A stretch of 64,000 nucleotides of DNA from Pelagomonas calceolata. Lineage: Eukaryota. The position numbers and the translations under genes are program-made. Under the pieces are notes generated by a model. It worked only from the letters and a program-made list of their open reading frames with translations, did not search any database and had not been told where the DNA came from. The DNA is taken from the NCBI GenBank assembly GCA_918797485.1, contig CAKKNE010000001.1, forward strand, positions 1,054,001 through 1,118,000. The letters run 5' to 3'. Below are positions 11,150 through 23,575 of the stretch, piece after piece; position 1 is the first letter of the stretch; each line of letters opens with the position of its first letter.

Positions 11150-11468
11150 GAAGATGATTACCCACGGCGCTTAGCTAACTGCACGCTGACCGCGTGGTTC
11201 ATTGACCAGCGCAGTATTCATCATTTGTGTCGGTGCACAAACGCTCAGCCGCGTGGCGCAAGCGCGCGCACACGCACCGCTTTAAACACACATGCTCCCT
11301 CCCTGCTGGAAACGCGTCGCCGCGGCGCCGCATTACCGCGCCTCACATTTGCGCCGCGCCGCCGGGAACAACGGCTCGGCAAACATGTCGCTACCTCACA
11401 GGCACTAGCGGACGTCCCCTCAACGCGCGCCCTCGAAGCACGACCTTCGGGCGGCGTATCACACGAAA

Positions 11469-11542
11469 GCTCTCGTGGCCTAATGGACAAGGCGTCGCCC
11501 TCCTAAGGGCGAAGATTGCGGGTTCGAGTCCCGCTGGGAGCC
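11469..11542 (+). tRNA. tRNA-Arg(CCU) or tRNA-like gene with one extra nucleotide in the anticodon arm
   Basis: GCTCTCG/TGGGAGC acceptor, GCCT-AATGGACA-AGGC D arm, TCGCC-CTCCTAAG-GGCGA anticodon arm, GCGGG-TTCGAGT-CCCGC T arm. Confidence 0.85.
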
Positions 11543-11860
11543 CCTGCAACTTGAAGCGTTATGGACAAAAAAACGCAAAAAAAACGCATGGAGGGCGCCC
11601 CGTTCGTTTTTTGACAGCTGTCGGAGCAAAAAAAAGTGAACGGCCACTTAACCTAAGACGGAATCGCTACGCGCTCAGCGCCAAAACCGGCCGGTACCAG
11701 AGGCGGTTTACGGCCGGCGTCGCGACTAAGACTCCATGCGTCCGCGGCGCGCGGCGCGCGCCACTATCGGAGCGCACGCCTCCACGAAGAGACGGCGCCG
11801 GCGCCCAGCTCGAGCCGCGCGACGCGCGACGAGGTCGTCGCGCTGGAGGGCGCGCCGCGA

Positions 11861-14800
11861 TTACTTGGCGGGCGCGGCCTTCTTGGCTTTTTTGGCTTTT
11901 TTGGCGCCCTGCGGCTTTGGAGCGGCCGTGCGCTTTTTAGGACATGGTTTGTAGACAATCGTAACGCCGAAGTCGATGCCGTGCTTGTCTTGCACTTCCT
12001 TCGCGGCTTTAAGGATGGCGCTGTTCCTCGGATACCAGAACTGGTCGCAGGGCTTGCAGGCCGTTCCTTCTTGGAGATCACCAACAAATTTGATGCAGAT
12101 TTTGCACGGCTGCCCGACGCGTTTCCCTGTGCACTTATTCCCTATATATTCGATGCCGGACAAGTGCTGTTTGATGTCGGCCGCACATTTCGGCTTTGAG
12201 AGTTTGGTGGTGCAGCCCGTGGCCAACGTGAACTTAACCGTGCCTCCGAAGGCTTCCCGGTCCGCTTGGTTTTTCTCTACATTCTGGGCATTCCTTTTCC
12301 TTTGGGCCTCGACCGCATCTGCCTCCAAACCGTTGTCGCTCTTCCACTTGTTAATTTTCGCCATGAAAGCATCCTCGTCGAGGGCCTCGATGTCGGCCGG
12401 CGACATGTTCTTGAAGAGTACCTCGGGCGTAAACTCGCTGAGATCCAGGTCGGGATTATGTTGTTGGAGCGCGCCCCGCACACGCTTGAGGCGCAAGACC
12501 TTCGCGCCCGCGAGGCCGGCCTCGTACGCGGCCTGCATGACGTCGGACCGGACGTTAGCATAGGACGCCTCATCGTTCACCTGCGCAGACGCGGCGTCAT
12601 TTCTGTTTTCCTTCGATTGGCGGGCGCGTGACGTTTCGCGCGTGTCGGCGGTCCACAACGAGAGAGGGTACGCGATCGGGGCGTCCTGGATGATCGCAGG
12701 CGAGAATTCGGGCGCCGTGCGGGAGACGCGAAAATATAGAGTACGGCACGGGCACGCTGACGTCGAAGTTCGTCGCGCCGCTCTCGTGGACCACGGCCTC
12801 GCACGCGGCGACGTTGAACTGCTTCACCCGTCGTTTTTCCTGGACCCTGCCGTACATCGACCGCGACGGGAGCCCGGCGTCGTACGCGCGCTGCAGCGCT
12901 TCTGCCGAGAAACGCCGGAGCGCGTCCGGATTGCGGACCTGCGCGACGCGGTGTTGTGGACGACGGCCTCGCGTGCGCGCGGCGACTGCGGTCTTCCCTC
13001 GCGAAGGGAAGAAACGGACGTGCGGCGCCGCCGCGGACGTCGGCTTCCGTTACAAGGCGGCCTTCCTTGGAGAGGGAGGCGGCGACGAGGGCTGCACCGA
13101 GCCATCCGAGCTGGACCCCTAGCGGGATCTTTTGTGTCAAGGGCGCATACCGCGCCTCGAGCCCGGCGTCGTACATGCGCTGCAGCACGTCTCCCCGGAT
13201 CGCCCGGAGCTTGGCCTCGTCATCGACCTGCGCGGCGCGTGACGGTGACGCGGACGAGGGCCCTGGTGCGCGCGACGACTGGTGTGTCTCTCGAAGCGTC
13301 GACGGACAAAGGAAGCGGGCGTGGCGCGCCGGCGCGGACTTCCTCGAGCGCTAGTTGATAACCGGCCTTCTGGGCGACGGCGGCGGCGGCGGGTCTATCG
13401 AGCATCTTGAGCTGGCACTGCAGCAGGAACCGTTCTATCAAGGGCGCGTACCGCGCCTTCTGCGCGGCCTTGAGCGCGGCGTCGAATGTCTCCGGATTGC
13501 GCTTGTCGAGCCAGGCTTCTACTAAAGCCCTGTCCGACTCGTTCGTCGAGCCGCGGGCGTCGGACGAATCATCAAGGTCTGCTGGATCGAACAACACGCG
13601 GTCGAACGGGTCATCGCAGCTGTTGTCGTCGGCGACCAGCGACGGCGGCGCGGCCGTGCGTGTCGTGGAGGCGTCGACCATCACGACGTCGGACTCCGGC
13701 GCGACGGCCGCGCGCGCGGCGGAATCGGACGCGCTGCCGCGCGACGCGTCGACGGCGCGGAGCCGCGGCATGGCGACCGCGGCGTGCGGGGCGACGGCGG
13801 CGACGACGCCGCCGTCGGCAGCAGCTAAAGCGGGCCGGAGCCAGCCCTTGGCGGCGGCGATGCGCTTGGCAGCCGCGAGCACGTCGGCGGGAGCGCGGTC
13901 GCCGAGCGCGTCGAGCGCGTCGAAGAGGTCGAGGAAATAGATGACGTGGTTCATCCGCGCGAAGAACTCGGCCTTCTGGGCGTGCGTCTTCCGCGCGAAC
14001 TTGTCCTTGCGCATCTGGCAGATCGCGTCGACGGCGGCCGCGTCGCCTAAGTAGATGTCGTTGTAGATGGTAACCTGCGTGGGGCGCGGGCTTGAGGGGT
14101 CGCGCGGCGCTCGCGAAGGCGCGACGGAACATGTTGCTTTCGAAGCTGCGTGCTGACCTCTCGGATCTTTCGGTCGTCGCCGGCGACGGCGAACATGAGC
14201 TGGGACGCGCCTCGGTCCGACGAGGCCCGGAGCTTCGGACCCGGGATGCTCCACGACGTCTCCTCGTCGGTCTCGTCGTCGAGGATGCTCCTGGCGAGAT
14301 TGGCCTGCATGTCCATCGCGGCCTGGGCGTGCATCAGGATGTCGCCGAGCGGGTTCTCCAGGTTCTCCTTGACCCACTTCGCAGCGGCGCCGCCGGCCGC
14401 CCAGACCGTCTGGCCGGTGTACTGGCCCTCCTCCATGATCGTCTCGATCATCTCGAGGTAGGCCGCGCGCACCCACGCCGCGTCGAGGCCGGCGTCCGCG
14501 AGGACCGCGTCGTTGGTCTGCTTGACCTTGCGCGCGCCCGTCTGGCGGCCGGTCGAGGGGTCTGTCGCCGAGCACTGCAGGAGCTCGGCGTCGAAGAGGA
14601 GCAGGTACCCGCCGAACTCGTCGGCATCGAGGCCCACGTGCTCGAATATCGTCTTCATGTGGAACTCGATGCACGCGTGCTTCTGGGGGATCTTCGGGCC
14701 CTTGAACTGCTTCTTCGGGACATAATGTTTAGCCAGCACCGCGCGCAGTCTCGGGTTCAGAAGGTTCAAATCGGGGAAGCTAAGTAACGCGAGCGGGATG

Positions 14801-15117
14801 CCGTGCACCACCAGTGTCGCGGCGAGCCACTTTTGCTTCTCGCCGGACTCGACGTACGTAGAGCCGCCGAACTCATTTTCGATCTTTCGCAGATCTTCCA
14901 AAATGGACGCTCTTTCGGCCTCCGTCGCGCCGTTGAGCAGGTCGTCGACGCCGGGTCTCGTTAGGAACTCAGCAAAATTCCACGGCTCCGTGCCCCGGCG
15001 AGCCATTTCGGGCGCGGCGGGGTCTGAGCCGGCGTGCTCGAGCGACGGGTTCGAAGCAGGAGCGAAGCGTAGCTTTGTTTTGTCCCCAACGAGGGCCAGG
15101 GGTACGGTCACTTTCAT
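11861..15117 (-). CDS. Orphan five-exon protein (~926 aa): exons 15117-14158, 14074-13340, 13227-13039, 12938-12762, 12580-11861; repeated ~60-aa helical modules, Cys-rich C-terminal domain, Lys/Ala-rich tail
   Basis: Four GT..GCAG phase-0 introns join five separate ORF-track frames without stops; exons 3-5 start with related VDDEA/VRNPD/VNDEA...(Y)(D/E)AGL repeats. Confidence 0.65.
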
Positions 15118-15565
15118 GGCTTGTCGAGCGGAATTGAGGCCAGGAGGCCGAACGCGGATAGATGGGGTACTGCTGACGAGCAGGCGTGCTCAAATACGAC
15201 TTTATCGCGGAGTTGTGCGGCTTTTTATACTTACAAACGCAAACAGGCTAAACCCGAAATTACCGCACGCATCCCACCGGCCTCGCACGGCTCGCGTCGC
15301 AATTCGGAGGCCTCGGCGAGGGACACCTCGCTGCGAAATGCAATCTCCTTGGAGCATCCGCGGGACCGTCCGCTAATACCTGTCCATTGACACACTAGCA
15401 TTTACGATCGACGATCTCCGCGAGGCCGTGACGACGCATGAGGAGGTGGAGCGGACCGCGCGGCGGCGCGTACTCGGCAGCGCGCACCCGCTCACAGAGG
15501 CGATTGAGACATCCTTGAAATTGTCGAACCGGACTAGCTATCAGAAGATTCACAGTAAACCATTA

Positions 15566-16492
15566 TCACCACGTCGCGTCGCGGTCGTCGTCGCCGAGGC
15601 CGTACGGCGCGGCACCTCGTAAGTGGGGTTCCTCCGCGGCAGGCTCCTCGTCTGGTGCAGGCTCCTCCGCCGCTGCCTCCTCCTCGACAGCCTCCTCCTC
15701 CTCGCCGCCGCCGCCAGCCTCCACGTCGCCAGGCGCGTCCGCCGGCGCGGCGGCCGCGTCCGGCTCGTCCGCGTCCAGCTTTCCAAAGTCCGCGTCCGCC
15801 GGCTCGTCCGCCTCCGCCTCCGGCGCCTCAGTATCGAACCCGTCCAACCTGCCGAAGTCCTCGTCGAGCTCGCCGAAGCCATCGTCCAGGGGCGGCCTCA
15901 ATCGACAACTCCGCCCAAGATGGAAGTCGCCGAAGCGGTACCTCAGATGACACCTCTCGACCGGCTCGCACTTTTTCGTGGCCCAGCGCCAGTCGCACTC
16001 GACCGACGTGTCCGGCGCCGCATCTCTCAAAAAGCCCAGGAGTTGATCAAAGGCTCTTTCACTTCGCACGGCGATGAGACCAGCTACTTTCTCGAAAGTT
16101 CCGCGTTCACCGCTCACGTCCGGGTCGCACACTTCTTCCTGGAGAAACGAGTCGGGCGGCCGCAGTCGACACGCCCGCGACGGCGTCAGATCCCCCGCGC
16201 GGTGCTGGAACGAGCACTCGCAGCGCGGCACACACACGGACTTGGCATAATTCCAGCGACACTGGGCATCGCTCCTAGGTAGCAATCTATTCACGATGAA
16301 ATCGCCCGCCGCGTCCGTGAACTGTTCTAATAAAGATCGTTCGTCGTTCTCGTCGTCCGTGACCTCGGGTATGTTCGTGAGTCGCAACCGCTCCTCTAAT
16401 AAAGCGACTCGATCTAGCAGTTCCTTGTAGTCGCCACTAGGCTCTGCGTCCTGCGCGGCGGCCAGCGCTGCTATTGTGAGGAGGACTCGCAT
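15566..16492 (-). CDS. Secreted protein with two Cys-rich repeats and an acidic tail
   Basis: Signal peptide; CRWNY..CVPRCECSFQHRAGD..SRACRLRPP and CDWRW..CEPVERCHLRYRFGD..GRSCRLRPP. Confidence 0.7.
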   Translation of the reverse strand: MRVLLTIAALAAAQDAEPSGDYKELLDRVALLEERLRLTNIPEVTDDENDERSLLEQFTDAAGDFIVNRLLPRSDAQCRWNYAKSVCVPRCECSFQHRAGDLTPSRACRLRPPDSFLQEEVCDPDVSGERGTFEKVAGLIAVRSERAFDQLLGFLRDAAPDTSVECDWRWATKKCEPVERCHLRYRFGDFHLGRSCRLRPPLDDGFGELDEDFGRLDGFDTEAPEAEADEPADADFGKLDADEPDAAAAPADAPGDVEAGGGGEEEEAVEEEAAAEEPAPDEEPAAEEPHLRGAAPYGLGDDDRDATW

Positions 16493-16687
16493 GCCGTTGC
16501 TGCGGGGCTCGTGACGCGCGTACAGGCAGGTACGCTCTGCAGGAGGTGCCTCGAAAAGGCGCCGCGCCGCGTGACTGGTGGTGCTGGCAGCTGCGCTTTG
16601 ACAAGTCGAAAATCACGCGAATCGCGTCGTGTAGCGCATAAATGGCGCGGTTTTTATCCACGTTTGCAAAGCTTAAAGCGGTTGTAA

Positions 16688-16712
16688 GCTAGCGGCATGG
16701 TAGACACACTAG
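16688..16712 (-). promoter_or_regulatory. Recurrent upstream motif (variant)
   Basis: GCTAGCGGCATGGTAGACACACTAG between divergent genes. Confidence 0.5.
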
Positions 16713-16994
16713 CAAGCACGCCTCACCGATCGAGCGAGTCCTCGGCGCCGACGCCGCACGCGCAAGGCTCCCGAGGACTCCTGCGGCGCGTCCAAAACGC
16801 CTGCGAAAGGCCAAGCTTCGGCTGCGGACACAGCTCCAAAACCGGGTGATCTCCGGCCGCCCGCCGGAGTGATCACTGCGCAGGAGCGGCAGCGACGACA
16901 CCACTCACGCGCGCACGCAGGGCAGGGCTGCCCAAGCCCAGCAAGAGCTTAGACTTGGCCAGAGAGGGCAGCGTCCCCACGACGCGTCGGACCC

Positions 16995-19900
16995 ATGGAC
17001 GGCGCCGACGAGGAGACCAAGGAGGAGCCCCACTGGGAGTTGGATGATAAGGCGCGAGCCTTAGCCAAGCAGCAAGAAATACAAGAGAGAGAGGCCGACG
17101 AGCAAAGGAGACAACAAGAACTGATCTCCGCCTACGCGCACTCCGTAGCTAGAGATGCGGCGAACAATAATAAAGATGACTGGTCCGAGCTACGTACAGA
17201 AGATGTGGAAGAAGAGGGTACCGTGGTAGATTCTCTGAGTTCCTACTTGTTCGGGAGTACTCCAGTGCAACCGGAGTCCCCGAAGGACCAACTCATCAGA
17301 GACGCCATCCTCGACGAGAACACGGTCGTCGACGACGATGAATTAGAACGCCAGAAGCAGGAGTCGGCCTTAAGGCACTGGAAGAATTACGACCTCGAAA
17401 CGTCCCTGAAACCGCAGCTCGTGCCGGAGAGAGAATACTTGGCTGCCCTCAAGATTTGTAGGGCCTGTAGGATCTTCAACCAACGTAGAGAAGCGGCTCG
17501 ACGGCAACAGAGCGTAGGCAACATCGCTATTTGTAGTAGAGAAGCGACAAAAATAAAACGCGCGTGGCGGGGCGGGAAGGGCAGAAGAGCCATGCGCGAC
17601 GCCAAACAAGCCTCATTTGAAGATGAAAAAGATTGGAAGTCCTACGAGGACTTCCGGGCGACCCTACTGGGTCCCGGGTATACGTTATCGCGATGGTCGC
17701 ATAGTAAAAAAACTCTGGTACCCTGTAACATCACGGTCTCGAAGGATAGAGATTGGCTGCTCATGAAGCAGCCGAACCGCAAGACGAAGAAGCGGCGCCT
17801 GAAGGATATTCATACCATCGCGAAGGGCTACAAGTCGCCGTTTCTCCGAGATCTGTTACATCAGCCCAAAGAAGATCTTGTGTTGACGTTGATGCTGCGG
17901 CGGATTAAGGTACTACCGTTGGGCCTGGGCGAGGAGGTTGTGGAAGATTCGCTGGACTTTTTGTTCGAGGTGCCGGCCTCGATGCGCGCGGCGCGGCGTC
18001 CGAAGTCATGCGACTCGCGTCCGAATTCACTCAATATCGAAAAAGAGACCGGCCACGACCTCGTCTGGTGGACACGAGTCGCGTCGACGGCGTAATGAGC
18101 GTCTCCGCGCGCAGGCAAGGGCAACTCCGAGATGGTCAACGACGGGAAATTTATTTGCAAGCGCTTCTTCTCGAACTTTGAAAAATTAAAAAGAGAAGTA
18201 GAAAGCGAGGAGGCCTTCTTCTTCAACGACGACGGCGTCTACTGCCAGGTGGGGACGTCGATCTTTGATCGGTGGGAACAAGTCACACTAATTGATCCCG
18301 AATGGGACAAGGCGATCGACGACGACGAGAAGCGCGTGCGCCTCCATAGGAAATACGAGGCCGAACGCTTAGCCCAGCAAGCGCCGACGAAGGCGCCGAA
18401 GCATTGTTATCTCCCGGCGCCGATCCCCGAAGGTCGCAAACCTCAAGATGATTTGAAGTACGTCTACCTCTCGACCGACGAGGACGGGAAGGAGTGCAAG
18501 GCGACGTGGCACAGTCGCACGGTCGAGATCGACTACGGCGAGTTCAAGGAGAAGGAACTTAAAAGAAGACAGCAGCACGACCCGTCCGTCGAGATCGTGA
18601 CGGTCTACCGGAAGGAGGTGTTCACGCTCCAAGCTTGTGGATGTATAGATGAGGACGACCCCGAGTCGGAGATAGTGCCGTTGTACGGGCGCCATCGGAA
18701 ACATCTACGCATCGAGGACGACGATCCTGTACCGGCGCCGTTCGACGACCTGTTACCGTACTTCCGGAACAAGCTCCAGGACGTGTACGGCGACATCGGC
18801 GTCGGCGGCTGGCGGAACACCTTCGACGGGACCTTTGAGTTGGAAGATGACTGCTGGCGGGAACTTTGTAAATTGTGCGAGAAGGGGTCGAGGGAACAGA
18901 AGTCGGCGGGCCGGAAATTGCTCCACGCTCTAGATGGGCGAAGCGCCGAGACGGACGACGAGGGCGACACGCCCAGTGGCTTTGCGGCCTGGCGGTCGTT
19001 TTCATTCTCCTCATTCAGTCCAAGAGCTCGCAAAGACACCTCTACCTCTATCGAGACCACGACGACAGCTTCCGAAGATGAGGATAAACCTCGAGTAGAA
19101 GTAGATGAAGCGTTGCGGAAGAAGCGGGAGCAGGCCGTGTTGGATGCGCTCTGGAAGAAGAAGGATCAAAAAGAGGGCACGATGTGGCGGAAGTCGGAAC
19201 GCGGCGTCCCCTTACGCCATCGACGCGACTCGTCACGGCCCGGGACGCGTCGACGGCGTCCCGAGACACTTATATACAACACAGGTCGCCGCGGAGCTTC
19301 AACACGGCGCAGAAGAAGGCCCTCGAGAAGGAGAAAAGGGACTTGGAAAAAGAAGCGCAGAAACGCATCGCCGAGGAGAAGGCCAAGGAGGAGGCGCGTG
19401 CGCGGCGTCCCGTCGTGTAGAGTCACGCCCTCAACTTGTGTCCATCTCACGATGACGTGGGTGGCCATTCGGACCGCGTTGACGGAAACGCTCCGCGCAG
19501 GCGGCCGAGAAGGAACGACGATTGGCTTTAGGTGAAGATGATAGCGAGGACGAGGCCACCGAAGCGAAGGAGGACGACGAGGCCAAGGAGGAGGCCCCAT
19601 CGGAGGAGAGCGACGAGGACGAGGCCAGGGGCGCGCCGACGCCCTTTTTTGATGTAGTAGTGTTAGAAAGATCACAAAAGCGGAAGCCCAAGATTCCCCT
19701 CGGGATATCCGTGTCGGAGATCAAGGACTTGAGTGGCATCCATTTTCGGAGGATACGGCTCCACGGCGCGAAGGAGTGCGTGCCCAAGTGTTGTCTGAAG
19801 GTCGTCGAGGTTCATGAGGACGCGTGTCCTTACTCGATCTCGAACGCGTCGCAGAACGGCCTGTTGAGGACCGGTGATTATCTAGTTGGTGTCAACGACC

Positions 19901-20022
19901 ACTATCCGGACGACGTGGCTACCCTTGCTAAATTAGCGGGGAATTCCGTGCACCGACGCGTGCTCACGATGGCGCGGCCCCACAACGCGACGCACGACGA
20001 GGGTAGCGTAATACAAATTTAG
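16995..20022 (+). CDS. Multi-exon scaffold-like protein (IQ-like motif, PH-like domain, coiled coil, C-terminal PDZ-like domain); introns ~17970-18119 (boundaries uncertain), 19193-19284, 19394-19500 (GC-AG)
   Basis: Four consecutive + frames joined by introns ending ACACAG/CGCGCAG; ATKIKRAWRG (IQ-like); PLGISV..GLLRTGDYLVGVND (PDZ-like). Confidence 0.6.
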
Positions 20023-22425
20023 GCTGTAGTTTGTCTATGAGGTCATCTTTCAATGAAGATGCTTGGAGGACTGAGAGGTTGTTCACTTTCGGGGCATTCA
20101 CCAGTCGGGCGTAGGCTCCGTCGTCGTCGTCTAGGCGCTTCACTTCGCGAGCGCACGCTTCTAGTTCATGACATCGGACGTAAGACTCGTTGGAGAAGAT
20201 GTGATCTGTGGCGGGGCCCCAGTAGATTGGAACCGAACCGGCCAAAAAGGCCAATTCTAATTTCTCCGTGACGTAGCCCGCTTTATCATCGTTCTCGAAG
20301 GCCACGACGAACTTGTAGGACGCGTACTGTTCGATAGCGTCGTCGTGCCACCTTTCACTAAATCTCTTGGAGACGAAGTCGTCTCCACTATGCGAGGAGC
20401 ATCTTCCGAGAGCATGTACCGTAAGACCTTCTCTTTTAAGTAATTCCACGAAGCGTTCGCGACGCGGTCGACATCGATAATACAAGTAGGCGACGCCGCG
20501 CCTCGGAACTTTCGGTTTTGTCAGCAAAAGGTCCTCCGGTTTGTAACCAACAAGTTCGCCGAAGGCCGTCGCGGCGACCGGGAGGTACACGTAGTCGGAT
20601 GAGAACGCCGTTGCTAGGACGACGTCGAAAGTCGACGATGCTTGACTCAAATCCCAGGCCTCGCCGCAAATCAAAAGGGACAAGGGCGCCTTCGCGGCCA
20701 CACTAAAAGCTTCCCGTTGGCAGCCGTCGCTCCAGCCGTCCGCGCAGCCGCCATCGAGGCACGACGCCACGCTGATGTCCGGTGTCTCACTGGATACAAT
20801 TTGGACCGAGAACGCCTTGCCAAGCGCTCCTGATATGAGTGAAGACGCGTACTTTGATGAAGGCGAGAAGAACACGGCCATCTCTGTGGATACGACGTCC
20901 TCCGCATCATCAACATCCGTCACTAAGGACGAGAGGAAGCGGTCGTACCGCGCCGCGAATTTAGTATCAGCAAACCGCCCGTCGAAGGTGGGAACGGCCC
21001 TTTGATCAGTCAGCACCAAATACATCACCACATCCGCATAAGCTTGCGGGTCGAGCGTGTCGAGGAGGTGCGAATGAACGCCGCAGGACTCGTTCGCGCC
21101 GGACCGCATGTAGGCCAGCACCACACATCCCGCGTTGGAAGCCTCCGCGTTGGCGATCCCAAACGTCTCTCCAACAGCACGCGGCTGGAGTAAGACGTCC
21201 ACGCTTGCTAGCTGCTCCCTTAGATTATCAGAGTGGCCCCGGAACTCGACGCCCGCGTTTAGGGAGGAGGCGAGCCGCTCCAATGACGATCGTAACGGCC
21301 CGTCGCCGTACATCACGAAACGAATAAAAGGTCGGTCGTCTCTTGGCATACCGGGGAAGGGGGGCCTCGGTGCAAAACGTGGATCATTACGGACCTGCGT
21401 GTGGTGTGCGTGTACGCCATCGCCGCGACGATGCGAGGACGCCGCCTGCAAACCAGCGCCGCGATTCGAATGAAGAGACCCGGCGACCGTTCCGGTGCGA
21501 GGCGCCCGGCGTGCGCGACCACAAAAACGCCCTTCCGTCTCAAAGATTGCGGCAAGGGCGTTCCGATGGATGCGGGGTAGATCGTCGCGATCGGGAGATC
21601 TGTTTCTGTCTGAGATGCCGCGAAGTGACTTGGGGCTACAAACGCGTCCACAACATCTGTCGAAGGTGGATATAAGTTGGGCAGCTCCATGACCCGTTTT
21701 GAGCCTGGTGAAGCGTATCTCGCCGCGAGCTCCGCGAGGGCGGCGGCGTCGGGGTCGTCATACGTGTTCGCATAGACGTGGACGTCGCATTTTTTTAGTA
21801 GGGAAGCCATGCGAGGGTCGAGCTTGTCTGAAACTTGCTTCCTCAGTTCCTGATAATCGATGTTACTAAGGTCGACGTAGTGCACGGGAATGAACGCCCT
21901 TCTAAAGTCCTCGTGTAGAGTTCCGACAGTATTAGCGGGCACGAACAGTGATGCCAGCCAGCGCCGTCGATCCAACAGAGCTGCCGTCCTTAAAAAGATT
22001 AAATTTTGCGAGTGGCGCTCCAATGAATTGGTAAGCGCGCAGTACCTGAGCCTTCGTTTCAACGGGACAAGGGGCAAATCCAAGGGTTCGGCTACGTGGT
22101 TCAATGGGAGCGGTCTCGTAGGTAATTCTTCCGCAGGAATAATGTCGAAGACCACCTCCGCCCTTTCATTGCCAGCAGACGCCGCAATGACGCGGGTCCC
22201 TGGCGCCAGACCGGAGACGTCGATCACTCTATCAGTAGAACAGTGGCGCGTGGCGTCGATGAAGATGCAGACGTCCGTCGCATTCGTGTGCTGCACCGTG
22301 ATGCGGATGCTGTCTCCACTAATGATGAATTGGCTGTGGTCGTAGGCCGCCGGGCCGTCGATCTGGAGCCGCAGCTGGGCTGCCGTTCTGAGCCCTAGGA
22401 GCCAGCACAAATGGGTGTAGCGCAT
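19964..22425 (-). CDS. GT4 + GT10 (alpha-1,3-fucosyltransferase-like) fusion glycosyltransferase; intron 21453-21395
   Basis: Signal peptide; AGRLAPERSPGLF and ETFGIANAEA (GT4); YKFVVAFEND..GYVTEKL..AFLAGSVPIYWG (GT10); phase-0 GT..CAG intron. Confidence 0.8.
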
Positions 22426-22505
22426 CGCTATCGTCTCTTATCAGTGCGCGGGTCACGCATGGTCGTGCGTGCGCGGCGTGGGGCAGCCTCGCGTTTGCCT
22501 GTTTC

Positions 22506-22528
22506 CTAGTGCTTTACTGGACGCTAGT
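22506..22528 (+). promoter_or_regulatory. Recurrent upstream motif (CTAGTGCTTTACTGGACGCTAGT)
   Basis: Between divergent genes. Confidence 0.55.
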
Positions 22529-22718
22529 TCGTGCTATCTCCACGCTCAAGCTTTTTGCTCCACCTGTAGCTAACAGTAGGTGTCCGCACGCGTTCTGCGG
22601 TTCATCGTAAGCCTGCCGGTGAACAGCTGCTCAAGACGCGCCGCCTGGACTCCACGTGGTCCTAAACCGCAGAGCGTTCTCCGACATCTAAGAGAGCAAG
22701 AGGCGCCTGCTCGCACCA

Positions 22719-23453
22719 ATGGCGATGGCCTTCGCGAGAATGGCGCGCCAGCGCCACGTCGTCGGTCCGGCGCTCCTCGCCGCTTCCACCATTGCATTCG
22801 TGCCGCGCGCGACGGTCTGCCGAGGTACTACTGATAGGTTCTTCGCGTCCCAGCAGGGCGGCTCCGAGGAAGACGACGTCGCGCGCTTGCGCCGCGAGAA
22901 TGCTGAATTGAAAAGCAAGCTCGCGCGACAAAAGGAGCCCGAGGGCGGCGGTTTTCTGGACGGCCTCGCGAAGACCTTCGGCTTCGGCAAGACGGAGGAA
23001 GAGAAGGCCCTCGAGAAGCAGAAGCAGCAGATGGACAACGCTATTGATGAAGTGTTCAAGGGCGGTGGGTTGGTAGGAGGCCTCATGGGGTCTTTAGCCA
23101 AGGGCGTCGTGGGCGCGGCCGGTAAAATGTTCGCGGAGACTCAAGGTGATATGGACTCCGTGCTACGGGCCATCGAAAACCGGCTCCGAGATCGACTGGG
23201 CGACGACGTGCAGTGCGCGATGCCCATGCAGCAGATGTACTCGTCCTCTTCTATAAATGGGAACGTCGTCAAGCAGGTGCAGCTCGTAACACAAGCACAG
23301 GGGTCGCGCGGCAGTGGCGTCGTGCGCGCGACGGCCTCGATCGACGGCGCGGGCAACGTTTCTATAAATTCCCTCGACGTCGACGGGAGCAGCGTCGCCG
23401 GGTCCGTGCGCGGCTCTAGTGGAGGCAAGAACGATGTGATCATCGATGTGTGA
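22719..23453 (+). CDS. Hypothetical protein, probably plastid-targeted
   Basis: 244-aa ORF with hydrophobic leader followed by IAF-VP (ASAF-like bipartite motif), coiled coil, Gly-rich helix and beta-rich C-terminus. Confidence 0.65.
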   Translation: MAMAFARMARQRHVVGPALLAASTIAFVPRATVCRGTTDRFFASQQGGSEEDDVARLRRENAELKSKLARQKEPEGGGFLDGLAKTFGFGKTEEEKALEKQKQQMDNAIDEVFKGGGLVGGLMGSLAKGVVGAAGKMFAETQGDMDSVLRAIENRLRDRLGDDVQCAMPMQQMYSSSSINGNVVKQVQLVTQAQGSRGSGVVRATASIDGAGNVSINSLDVDGSSVAGSVRGSSGGKNDVIIDV

Positions 23454-23552
23454 TAGCTCGGGGGCGTAAACCTTTGGGCCATAGGTTTTCTGTTGCGGTG
23501 CGAGGACTAGTTGGCGAGGCGCCTAGAGGGGGAAGCCACCCGCGTTTTTTTG

Positions 23553-23575
23553 CTAGTGTCTTACAGGACGCTAGC
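23553..23575 (+). promoter_or_regulatory. Recurrent upstream motif (CTAGTGTCTTACAGGACGCTAGC)
   Basis: About 185 nt upstream of ATG 23761. Confidence 0.6.

Noticed and set aside
11543..15560. tRNA-targeted integrative element with att repeats
   Set aside because: No duplicated tRNA 3' end, terminal repeats, integrase or transposase seen; kept only as a weak possibility
17970..18119. Exact splice sites of the first intron of the 16995 gene
   Set aside because: The obvious GAG|GT donor and CGCAG acceptor (18114) are out of phase; an AAG acceptor (18119) or a non-canonical donor is needed and cannot be resolved without transcripts
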